The notes beneath the pieces are model-generated. The model was given only the letters and a program-made list of their open reading frames with translations. It ran no database searches and was not told the DNA's origin. The position numbers were made by a program, and so were the translations under genes. Of a stretch of DNA of 64,000 nucleotides, positions 24,383 to 37,189 are shown in pieces. The number at the start of each line of letters is the position of its first letter. The stretch's first letter is position 1. Source of the stretch: Epiperipatus broadwayi (taxonomy: Eukaryota > Animalia > Onychophora); NCBI GenBank assembly GCA_028023455.1, contig JAQFVV010000010.1:15686001-15750000 (forward strand). Direction: 5' to 3'.

Positions 24383-26790
24383 CTAAAAAAAGATAAAGTA
24401 AAAAGCATAAAAGTTTTAAACTTAAAACAATTTTAATTTAATATTATTATATTGTGAATATGTGTATATGTATGTGCAGCATATTTTAAAATATTTTTAT
24501 GATTAGCTTCCACTAATGTTATTAAATTGAAAGATCATGTTTTTCCGGATGAAAATTCAAACATCGGGTGAAATCTTTATATTATTTTTTAATAATAATA
24601 GATATTTAACTTTTATTTATAATTGTTTTATTGGAATTCTCTACCATTACTATCTATTAGCACATGGCTTCCACGATATTACACTTCATTTATGTAAATA
24701 TTACATTTATCAAAGTAAGATATAGTAACAATAAAATATTAACAATATTAAATTTAAAACAAAAACTCTCCCAATCAGAATTTCATCTACAGGAACACAT
24801 AGATCTTAATTAAAAATCTAAAGTAACACCTCTATATATTATAGGGTATGCTACATTTGACCTCAAATATTGACGTATATATATACGTATAAAAAATAGA
24901 TATATGTATGTATAAAAAGAAAAAGAGAAACTTGTATAAAATCAATTCCTCCATATATTAGAGGAATAAATTTATTTTGAATAAATTAAATAACAAAAAA
25001 AAATTTAAACTAAATAATTTTTTTTTTTTAAATAAAATAAAAATTATATAGGAAACCACTGATTTAATTAATTGAAAAGATAAAAATATATATAAAGAAG
25101 AAGAAAATATTTAATTAGTCCTGAATATTTGCTATTTTGATAAGATTTGGTTAAGTAAAAATTTAGATAAAAGATTAATAAATACCACAGTAATTAATAA
25201 TGTAATTAAGGCAGTAAACTAATTAAAGTAAATAAATATATATATATATAAGCCAAGAATTTATGTACAAAATGGATGTTGGATTATAAAAAAATGCCTT
25301 TCAAAAATCAGTGTTGAAATAAGGGTATAAAAAGAGCTTAAAATCTTTTATGCCTGGTTTAATTTTTTTTTCTGCTGTTGCATGCTTGTCATTGGTCTCT
25401 GTTCTTAAGCTAGAATCAAACCAGCAAGCCAAGGTGAAGGTGAAAAGCTGAGACACACAAAGTATTGATATAGTAGCCAGCAAAGAACTAATATTCTGCA
25501 AATGTAAAAAATGTCTTATATAGATATCTTTCTGATGACAGATTAACTTCCTGATGTGGGTAATATTCTGACCTTGCCATTATGTAGCTAATAATCTTAA
25601 AGAGAATGTCCTAAGCCAGAGTTTAAAAAAAAAAGCCATACTAAAGGTTCATATGCTAAAATCAGAGGATAAAGAAAATGTATGTATGTAAATAAGAAAA
25701 ACAGAGCACAATATTGAATCTAGCAGAAATGTAAACTGTTTAAAAATCATTCCAGCTCTAAATATGGAATCATCTCATGCATGAAATTCAGAAGTGGACC
25801 AGAACCAATCAAGAAATAATAACAGTGGGAGCTACATAAACTTATTCAGTTCACTGTAACTGTACTGACCCAATATCTGCACAAAACCAATTCCCAGGAA
25901 ACCTGCTGAATGAACAATTCCCATAAAAGTTAAATCTGTGGGAAACCAATTTGTCACATACCCGAGTTCGAAAAATGGTTCCAAATGATCTAAAAGTACA
26001 ATCACAGAATAATAAATAAATTAGTAAGACTTTATTAGTTCATTTTTTTATTAATAAACCTAAAATAAGTAATTAAAATACATAAATTCTTAGAAATAAC
26101 TAAAATAAAATGTTTGTAATATATTTTGTAATTAGTATTTTTATCTTATACATTTCATAAGTGTATGTCAATAAATATTTCCATAGAATATTTTGTAATC
26201 AGTATCTTTCTTATATATTTCATTAGTGCATACCAATTAATATGTACTTATATTTTTATTCTAATATATTTTATTTTTTTATTATTATTTTTTGTTAGTA
26301 TTTTATTAATTTTTATTATCATGTTTTAGTTCGAACTTTTGTAAACTGTAAATATTTAGGACTAAGCCAACAATTACTAGTTCTTTTTCCATAACGTTTT
26401 CATATCTGTCTGCATAATTGTGATACAAAGATAGCTGCTAGGTTGGGTTCATCTGAGTCAATTGTATATTAACAGAGCGGTTAAATATCAAATAAGTTAG
26501 GGAGGAATTTCTCATTATAGAGATGTTGCCATAATCTGCAGGATCACAAATATATTAAAAATAATAATATCTATGGTGGCAAGGGCTAGACTCTCTCTGC
26601 ATGAACTTATTTTATGGCAATGATGATAAGGAAAGATGATTAAATATCCAGTCTGACCATCATACTTAATTAGGACAGTCAGACTAAATATATTCAGTAA
26701 TTATTTGTAATACCCATTCATCTCAAATATAGATGTACATAGATATAAAAGAGTGGAAACTAGGTCCCATTACAATATATATATATATAT

Positions 26791-29503
26791 TGTAACGGGA
26801 TGGGGTGGGTGGATAGTTGGTGGAAAGTAGTTTTGAACTGGGGTGATGGCAAATCATCATCACTCACAGTCCATTTGAGATTTAAAATATAAATAATATA
26901 ATAAAGGTAAAATATATTTAAGGGAACATGAGATTATAATCTCTGTGAACATTGAGAGATCAAAAGCTAACTCAGAAGAGCAACTATAAGCATAATTATT
27001 TATCAACCAGCATCATAAAGTAAATATCAGTATAAGTAAATACTTGAGAGAAAAAACCATCCATCATCATCATTGATGGGAATAAACAAATCAGTACAAC
27101 ATATCAACAGTCCATCTTGTGGCTGGATTGGAAATGGGTCTTCTGTAGACCAGGCTAACTACTGAGCCTTTGCCAGCTTGGGCAATTATATAAACAGAAT
27201 TTGGATGCACCAGCTTAGTGCCCATCCATTAAAATACACAATAATCAGAAATCAAATCAATAATGCTGGGACATTTAAAACATGCTGATCATCATCAATG
27301 CTATGGCCACTTGTACTGGCCAACTATAAACTTAAATTTTTAACAAGATTAAATTAGAATAAAATATAGTGCATGGGCTTTAAAGAGTATAATCTTATGC
27401 GCCAACCAGGATGATGATTGATCATCACTGGATGCCCAAAGCACTAAACACATCCCCATTTATCCATGTCCGAAATCTAGCTCAGAGAACATGGGCTCTA
27501 TTACTGTATGTGAACAAGAGATGATGGAATACTATTTTTAACAATTAAATATAAGTTTATTAATAACAAAAAAATGAATGATGTTTAAGGTCTTATAAGG
27601 GTTCTGATTTTGAAAAGTATACATTGATACATGATTAATAAATTAGGTTTATTTAACATTCAGCACACAGGCATGTGGCTTGATACAAAATAAACATGTT
27701 TGAATTAACATTTAATTTAGAGAAATGATCAAAATTTTACACATAAGTGTCTATCTGACACACATTGTTATTTACAATACAATTGACATATATACGCACA
27801 CATATGTGCGTGAATTTTCTGATTTTGATTATAATACAAAATTTCAAATGATCACATTGAGATTTAAATAATTACTATTCAACATTTAAATTGTTACAAT
27901 GATTTACATATGTGTTATAATTGACAACATACGCACATATTCATGTGTGTGCGTGAAATAACTTATTTGACTTGCTATAAAATAATTATCAAAATCTTAA
28001 ATTATATAAAAATACGATAAATAATGAAAGTTTCAGTTAAATGAAATACATTTTACATAGTAGGTTTACTGAAACACGTATATATAATTTGCACAGACGT
28101 GCGAGACATTAATTTATATACATAACATTTGTATTTATCACAATAAAATTATTAAAGATTATTTCGCAATTTAATCTTGAATATAGTCCTTTTCTTTAAA
28201 ATAAGAACTTTCAAATTTTTGACAGTTAATTGATTTAAAATGTCTTTCTTTTTCCTAGTCTAAAAGATTTTTGGAAATCTTTTTCTTGACTATTAATTAG
28301 AACTTTGTTTATATATATATTTTTTAATTATAAATATAACTTTAAAGTTTTTTCTTCTTTAATAAACGATTTTAAACTAATATCGTTTTATATATTTCTA
28401 TCAATTATAAAATTATCATTTTACTAAGGAAATTATTTAAAACTTTGTTATCATATATAACGCTACTCACCACCAGCTGTATATATGTTTATCCGTGTTC
28501 CTCTGCCTTTATCTGACGCAGTATACGTTTAATTAATTCTTCAGCAAACTGGAAAATTTTTCTTGGTGAGTTTGGTTTTTAGTGACTGTCATAATCAGGA
28601 AAAATTACATAATTCAGGTATGGTTGGCTTTTTTCCTTTCTGTAGTCAGTTCCACTTATACTTGGATTTTTTAAACTTCAGGTCAGCAAGCTGTTTTCCA
28701 GAACACTTTTAAGGCTATGAATTACAAAGAATCTTGACCCGTTTCCTCCATGTCAATTCAAACTCCTCCAGTGAAATATAGAACAGCCACTTCCTTGCAT
28801 TCTTAAATCCTCATGGCAGTTCTCTTGATAATTATACTAGCCATCCTTGCAGCTAGCTTTACTATGGCCATTTTCTGCTACAGATACCAACTCTTTACAG
28901 GTAGCTCTTCTGCTAACTCTTACAAAACTGCAAGCCAAACTGTTCTCTTTAAAAAAATCACTCTCCAGACTAACTGATATATTTTTAATCAGTCTTTTAT
29001 AAACTTGGTTAAGTCAGGTGACAAAAACACAGTGGCTGTTGTCAATTAACTTTAATCCATTTGAAAACAAGCTGGAAATTTCTATCAAAGTGTGATTTTC
29101 ATGTTTTTACTTTAATCTTTGGAATTTGACCAATAATCCTTTTGAAAACATATACATGTTTTCATTTAGACAATAAAAATTTACAAATTAATTAAAGATT
29201 TCAAAAATAGACATTTTTTTCAAAATTATCAAAAAAAAAAACAAGCTTATATTTAAATTTCAAAATCAGAATTACAAATATATTTATCAGACCTTTTAAA
29301 AGTTTAATTTATAAAACAATTTTTATTTTAAATCAGAGTTATTATTTAACCCTTTACATATTATGATTTTATTTTAGGAAATATAAAAAAAAATATCTAC
29401 AAAAATTTATTCTGTGTTTATTTCTACTTTTCCTTTATTTTCCATATATATATACACACACACTATATTATTATGGGTGTACCATGTAACCCAACCGGTT
29501 ACA
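26791..29503. mobile_element. Non-coding element bounded by TGTAAC...GTTACA inside (TA)n runs
   Basis: Left tgtaacgggatggggt versus right (reverse complement) tgtaaccggttgggtt, both flanked by (AT)n; no ORF; TATA-like cassette on the minus strand near 29.0 kb. Confidence 0.35.
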
Positions 29504-29510
29504 ATATATA

Positions 29511-31270
29511 TATATATATCATAAAACTACTCACAATTCACAAACAAGTTCCAATTAGCTTTAATATTAAAATAAGTTCTCATTAAATTGATTGCCTTAG
29601 ATTCAAAATAATCAATCAAAAACGTCTAACTACATTTCTTAATTCCATTAGTGAACAATATTTTATAGCCAGTAGCACAACCATGAATGTAAACTAATGT
29701 AAAAATTCTACATGGAATTTTATAAACTATTCCTGAAGTGTTTTTATTATTTATTAATTTTATTTTTATAACAAAAACTCACTGATGTTATCTTCTTATG
29801 AATAAATGGCTAATGACTATATGTCTAATATATCTCTATTTTTTTACTTTAATAAAATGACTATAACATAAAACACCTATTTCTTTGTCCCTTTTATCAT
29901 TAGATCTAAAAAACTTAAATTTACTAAAATACAAAGTACCCCCTTCCTTCTACAGCAGAATTAAAGCCATTCAAGTGAATCAAAAAATCACTGATTTATC
30001 CTCAATAAAAAACACATAGTTACCTAGATATTTGACATAACTTAAAAACTATAATTAGTCATTTTGCATTAAAGGAGAAATAACATAACCAAATACCCAA
30101 TTTTCTTTAATTTTATAAAAATTATCATTATAACTAAAATATATTCAGTATAATAAAAGTAAATCACAGATATTAATCTTAACAGTAGAAAAAGTGTTCC
30201 CTTCATTACAAATGGAAACAAGTACATCAATATTTTTTAATCTATTGATAGACTGATATATATTCTCAATATCGAAGTAGCAAAAATACAGAATTATTAT
30301 TAGTATTAAAAGTATTAATCCTACTTTAAAAAGTTTCAATAGAAAAAATACACAGATGAATAATCTAAACCACCTATTCTTTCAAAAACAATAAAAAACT
30401 CAGATAATGTATTGACTATCTTTTACACCACTAAATCAACAATATATTCTGGAAAAAAAATTGAGATTTTACATTAACAAAAAAAAAAAAACTTTAGATA
30501 CAATATAATCATTTCAATAGCAATATAAAACAATTCTACTAAATAATTTCCATTTTTCCATTACTTTCAACACAATTAATTTTAATTTTATCTTACTAGT
30601 CAGATCTTTAGCTAAAACTATATACTTTTCATTTCTACTTCTTTCAAAACTTTTTTTTTTTTTTAATAGTTACACTGTTCAATAATTAATATCCACTGAG
30701 GCTATAACCTCGATAATATGCATGTAAAATGCGATAGTAGGGACCTCTACAGGTGTTTTAACCACAAGCTTACGCTATGGACTGCTATCCTTTTATCTTC
30801 TTTCAACAAAATTACATTCTTGATATCCAATTTATTTTTGTGACACCTATTTGACCCCAGATAATTTTTTCATTTAAATTTTTATCTTAAATAATTTGTA
30901 AACCTATTTTACTATCATCAAAATTATGAACTGTTTCAATAGATAAAACTACATCAAATGAAATATTTTTATTGCAAAAAATACAGAAACAAAGAACCTT
31001 TACTCAATTCGTTTTATATCATCAGAACTCATCTAAATTTAAATAAATTGACTACACAATTATTGTCAGACATTACATTACCTTTATCTTCAAATATAAT
31101 TACAAATATCCCTCTTCCCTCATTTAGATTTACATAAGAACTAATTAAACTTTTGACATTAGCTTTAACAGTGAACAGAATTATATAATCCAAACCATGA
31201 GCAGTCAAAATACTGATTGCAGTCCACTGATGGATTGCTAAGACATTTTGGAGACCACCTGAATTAAAAA
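29511..31270 (-). mobile_element. Degenerate Penelope-like element (RT plus GIY-YIG)
   Basis: Minus-strand remnants 'YFSYNDNFYK...FGYVISP', 'NLSFLDLMIK', 'GIVYKIPCR', 'FESKAI...NW'; a family-D repeat is inserted at 30683-30781. Confidence 0.7.
30683..30781 (+). repeat. Family D repeat (partial arm)
   Basis: gaggctataacctc...gggacctctacagg...accacaagcttac; matches 47741, 43988, 44205 and 52466. Confidence 0.8.
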
Positions 31271-31325
31271 AAGTAATAATAACCGACACTATATTATGCT
31301 AGATAAAAGTCCTATACATAAAAAA

Positions 31326-31680
31326 AATAAATTTTCATACACTCTCCATATAGTAGTGCCACTCAGTGCAAACCAGGGTAATCAATGGATGCCAGAAGGC
31401 TTGAGTATAAAATCCCTATCTAGTGCCTACTCATCCAATATCCCCAGATTAGTTTCTAACTTGTGGCTTTTGTCAGTAAGGAGCCTAGGATCTGAGAGCA
31501 TTGCCACAAGTTAGAAACTATTCTGGGGTAGGCACTAGATAGGGATTTTATGCACAAGCTTTCTGGAATCCATTGATTATTCTGGCTTGCACTGAATGTA
31601 ACTACTAAATGGAGAGTTTTGCCTGTTTTAATAACAGTTATAAGCAAGCATAAGAAATGGTGATCACGTGATGTTTAGTG
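31326..31680. mobile_element. Family A foldback with central hammerhead (minus-strand core mutated)
   Basis: Inverted arms; the minus strand reads cttaCTGACAA-aagccacaagtta-GAAA-ctaa-TC-tgggga at 31441-31480; homologous to 51.4 and 61.2 kb. Confidence 0.8.
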
Positions 31681-33559
31681 GTTAAGTATAGATATTACAG
31701 GTGAGAATCAGTTCTCTGCAATTGAGGCAACTGTGTTTAGTTAGGCACTTGATGATGAATAGGTCAGATGACATATCTGCTTTTGTTCAAAATATACAAT
31801 CATGCATACATCAATTATAAATTTATCAGCTCAAATACTTTATTGTGCAATACAAAGATGCAACATATGGTCAATTATTAGCAGACAACTGTATTTTTTT
31901 GGTAACAGATGCAGAATTTAATTTATTTGTCATGCAAAATTAGTATTTTATCAAAGAAAGACATATAATTTTTATATAGAATGGGAAGAACAGTTTTACT
32001 TCACAATATGAATGCAAAAGGTGTTATATATCTCACACAAAAGTGTCACTTCCAAAAAAAAAAGAAACTAAAGATACTTTAAAACCATGCATGTAAAATA
32101 TAGATGTGGTGTACAGTGATACTTGGAGAAAATTATAAGTAGCCGATGCCCTGAAAACATGTGTCCACTTCTGATCTAAACCATTTCACAATTGAATTTA
32201 AAATTGCATAATTAAAATTATTTTTTAAATCCAAATTTCTAAATAATTAAAAGTCAAACATTAACTTTACCAATCTAATAAAATGTTGTTTAATAAACTC
32301 ATTTAAAGTCAAAATGTTAAATAAAATTATAACCATTAAAAAAACACAATATCATATGATTTCAGAAATACATTATAACATCCATAATTCTTAAAATAAA
32401 ATAAAAATTATACAGTAGACCCAATTCTATCAAACAATTCAATCAATTTTCTAACATTTCATTATAATATTTGCCAAGAAAAAAAATTATCAAACATAAT
32501 CTGCTATATAAATGTAATAATGGAAAAAACTCTAAAATATAAACCCAATACCAGCCAATAAATAAATTCAATAGGATAATAACAGAAAAAAAAATCAACA
32601 CTACTAAATAAATTCTACAATTACACAAATATACTAAAGCAATAGTTTACTAAATATAACCTACAAACACACATATTTATATAATTAAATAATAAACTAT
32701 CAACTTCAATACAAAATATTAAATAATTCACACTTATAGAAACAATATCAAGCACACACAGAAATAGATTTACTGAAAACTATAAAATTCTATTCATAAA
32801 AATAAATAACCAAAATATAACTACTGCCTAATGATATACTAACAAAATTAAATTTAAAATTTTTTTGTGAACGTGGTTTTGCCTAGAGAAACAAATAGAC
32901 TTTTTAAGTAAAAACCTAAAACAAACAACATCTACATATACAATATAAAAACTACTCACAATTCAAAGACAAATTCCAATTACTTTTAATATTTAAAAAA
33001 CTTCTCATTACATTGATGACCTCATTCAAAAGAATCAATCAAAAAAGTCTTTGATTCTTTTAATCTTAGCGACTTCATAATTCTCTTACGAATTTTAATT
33101 CTTTTGTAAAGACTTAACTTACTTTCACCTTCATAAAAAATAGCTGCATAGAATTCTATAAACTATCCTTGAACAATTTTTATTACTTACTAGCTCTTTA
33201 AAATTATTTAATAATGATTTAAAGCAATAGTTCTTCTTCAGATAAATCTCTAATGATCTAATAATTGTTATATAACATTTGTAATACAAGCTTGGTTAAA
33301 TTAGGTCATGTGACATCTGACTTGATTTTTTTCTTTTAGCATTTTATTTTTGCTATTAAGGCTGTGGCAATTTTATTTGGTAAAGCTATTAATATATGGT
33401 ATATATGAACTTAGTTCAGTTCCCATATGGCTATTTAAGTTAGATAGATAAATAAATAATACTTCAGTATATAATATAAAAATAATATAAAATAACAATT
33501 AAGTTAGATAGCTAGATTATCTGCAAAATTCAGATTTTCTACTTAATAGTTATCCATTA

Positions 33560-33700
33560 GATAAAGTGCTAGGCTTGTTCTGGTATTTTTAATCTAATGC
33601 TTGAATATCCTAGCACCTCACTGAGGAAGCCAGTAGCAGAAACCTGTCTGGAGTTGGGGATATTCTAAAAAGCTTGTTAAGAGCTTATTTGTGAGGTCTT
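33560..33700 (+). ncRNA. Family B minimal hammerhead-like motif
   Basis: cctcaCTGAGGA-agccagtagca-GAAA-cctg-TC-tggag at 33616-33655; upstream flank similar to 60780-60830. Confidence 0.55.
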
Positions 33701-33775
33701 TATATTACATTTACAGTAATTGTTATTATTAAACAGTCTACAAATTGAGGATTTAAACGGCAAAAAAATAAATTC

Positions 33776-33825
33776 CTCATCATCATCATCATCATCATCA
33801 TCATTATTATTATTATTATTATTAA
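33776..33825. repeat. Compound (TCA)n(TTA)n microsatellite
   Basis: Read directly from the sequence. Confidence 0.9.
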
Positions 33826-36599
33826 CTACTGTCTCCAAATTAAAATTGTTTTGTTTTTGTTTTTTGCAAATAAATAATCATTATCAAATTTATTTTTCTA
33901 AATTATTATTATTTTCAAAATTATTATTTTTTTTATTACTAAATTAAAAAACTGTTTCTGATTAATAAATATTTCTAAAAAAAATTTCATTAATACAATG
34001 TCTACAAGATAAAACAACAATACCACTATCTCTTATAATCATTAGATCTAAAAAAAATAATATATTCAAATCCAAAGTATTCTGTTAAACAGTAAATTTA
34101 ATAGCAAAATCAATAATAAATAGCCATTTATGCATCTGACAGGTAACTTCAAAAAGCTACAATCAATTTTAATTGCTTTATTTTCTATAAAAATAATATA
34201 TGCAAAACACACTAAAGGATAATTAACATAACCAAATACTCGTCTTATATCTAAAATAAATTAAATCTTCTAACAACTAAAGCAAATTATGAATAATATT
34301 ATAATCTTAGCAGTAAAATTTCTCTCTCATGTAAAACAGAAATAAATACATCAATATTTTTTTAATCTATTAACAAAGTGATACATATTTTCAATACCAA
34401 AACTTCGAAATACACAATTATCACTAATAATAAATTCATTTATCTTACTTTTAAAAATCTTAATCAAAGATACATAATAATTACTTAAATTAACATGTTT
34501 GTTCAAAAATGTAATAATAAACATAAATTTTATCAATTATCCTGCCCCCTTCCAGTAAAATCAAAGAGTTCATCTTAACAGAAAATTATCTTTATGAGAT
34601 TTGACATTAAAAAAAAATCTTAGGTATAATAAAGTCATTAGTATAAAATAAATTAATAAATAGATTCAAGTTTTTCTTTACTTTTAACACATATATATTA
34701 TTTATAATACTTCACTCATATACACTTTAATGCAATTAATTTTCTTAAAAACTTCTTTATTTTCTTACATTAATTTTATGTTATGGTACAGATCTTTATC
34801 TAAATCTACATATTTTTCATTTCCAATTCTTTTAGAATTTTTTCTTTAAAAACCATGCTATCCAAAATAACTTATAAATCTACTTTATTATCGTTGAATA
34901 TATGAGATATCTCAAATAGATAAAGCTATATCAATTGAAGCATTTTTATTAGAAACAATCACAAAAGATTTTTACTCAAATTTTTAAAATCATCAGAACA
35001 CATTTTAAATTTAGAAGAACTCAGTATATAATTGGTGCAAGATCTTACATTATATTTATTTTCAAATATATTATAATTATAACTATCACTTCATTTAAAC
35101 TTACTTAATAACCAATTAAACTTGTGACAATATTTTTTACAATAAACAGAACAATTACATAATTTAAATCATTTCAAAAATCAATTTAAAAATTACATAA
35201 TTAAAATTATCTTATTAATTCAAACTTCTTCAAACAGAATTTAAACTCAAAAATCAACTTAAACAATCTAATAAAATGTTCTTTAATAAATTCAATTAAA
35301 ATCAAAACTTTAAATTTTAAAATAAAATTGCAAACATTAAACAAACTTAACTTCTAACATAAAATTGCATGAACTCTAAAATACATTACAAAACATTTGA
35401 ATCTTAATTTTAAAAAATATAATTTTTTATAGACTCAATTCTGTCAAACAATTTATTGATTTTCTAATATTTTAATATCTATTGAGGAAAAAGTTAACAA
35501 ACACAATCTTCCTGCTGTCCTGATGATCTCTAAAGACAAAATCAGGGAATTAAATAAATTAACAATATATTTCAAAATGGATATATAACAAGATTTATTT
35601 AATAACAATAATAATGTAGTAAAAACAACATAAAAATTAAGTCTATTAATATTCATATACTATTTATTTTCCTCAGGTGAAAAGTCTTCTTTCACACTAG
35701 GAGTAATCCAGTTATTCATATCAAATGTCTCTTGAAACACAAATAAGCATATATAATTTTTGCTTAGAATAAACTATTAAAGTTCACAATATCAGTGCTT
35801 ACATTGGCACACACAATTTACATATTATATAAATCATCTCTGTTCCCAATTTGTATCCTGCGATTTGGTTAAGCTTTAGTTAATTACTCTTCACTGGTAA
35901 TAATCTTCTCTATTCATGAACACGTACTGCTTCTCTCTTGCTGCTATTCCATATTAGACTTAATCACTGCTAGTCAATCTACCAGTCTATTATTGACCAT
36001 TTTTTATTGCTTATCTGTTGTCACTTCAAATCCACATTAACTTTAATCCAGTCTAAACATTTTAGCTGCTTCCTCCCTTACCTTCATTTACAACAGAGGT
36101 CTCTTATATATGATCTAATTTATATGGAACTAGATTTATTTGCATGCAAATTCTTTTCTAATTTAATCTATAATTTGGGGCAATCAAGTGAATTTCTAGA
36201 GTAAATTTTCTCCAAAAATGGGAATGTTATTAAAGTGAAGATATTTACAATTCCACATTCACATAATTTAATAATGTAAAAACATTATAATATAAATCCA
36301 ACATCTATATAAACACAAAACAAACAATAAATAATTATAACATATAAGAGATAAAAATAACACAAATTCTAATCATCTTTAACATGAAAGGAAATTATCA
36401 TCAAAATGATGATATCAGATCTAAAATAATGAATCACAAGATCTCTTTAATTCTTCTTTTAAATTACACTGAATTCATATTAAAAAATCTTTATATCACT
36501 GCTTGACAGTTATTAGCCATTTGTTCATAAAAATGCAATAATAATAAGATTTTGCTATAAAAAGATTAACTAATTTTGAAAGTAATATGGATATTCAGA

Positions 36600-37130
36600 A
36601 AAAGCAATTTTGTAATGACTATATTAGCATAGGGTATTCTGACAAGTATAATAAAAATGTTTTATTTACAAATAAAAAATCCTAATTTTGGAGACAACAG
36701 TTAATAATAATAGTTTTTTTTTTTTTGCCTTTAAAAAATCAAGAATTCGGAGATTGTGTAACAATGATGATTATTTTTTGAAGTTAAAACAACTGCTTGA
36801 AGGATACTTTAAATTCTTTATAAAATAATTCTAAACAGTTTGTAGATAGTAAAAGTATTCCACAAATAATTTATAGAATTCCATGTTGTTGTTCTAAAGT
36901 CTATGCAGGGGAAAGTAAATTTAGACTTTAAAAGAATTAAAATGTAGGAAAAAATTAAAAATTGATATTAGCAATAAAAATATTGTTCAGTAATCTTTGT
37001 AAAGTTAGTCAAATTAAAAATCAAAAAACTCTTTTGATTATTTTGGATATCAGGCTATGAATTTAATGAGAATTTTCTTTAACAGTAAAAATAATTGAAA
37101 TGTTTTTGAATTGTGGCTTATATAGTTGTC
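36600..37130 (+). mobile_element. Degenerate Penelope-like fragment (linker plus GIY-YIG)
   Basis: 'RIRRLCNNDDYFLKLKQLL' and 'IIYRIPCCCSKVYAGESK'. Confidence 0.65.
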
Positions 37131-37189
37131 ACTGTATTAGATTTTCACTCCAAATGTCTTTAAAACCATGGATGTGAACATTTTTTAGA

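Larger units (their letters stand above)
32930..35400 (-). mobile_element. Second degenerate copy of the 29.5-31.3 kb Penelope-like family, with internal insertions
   Basis: Co-linear similarity starting 'ataaaactactcacaattca'; 'IVYRI.C' remnant at 33130-33170; interrupted by 33260-33950. Confidence 0.65.
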
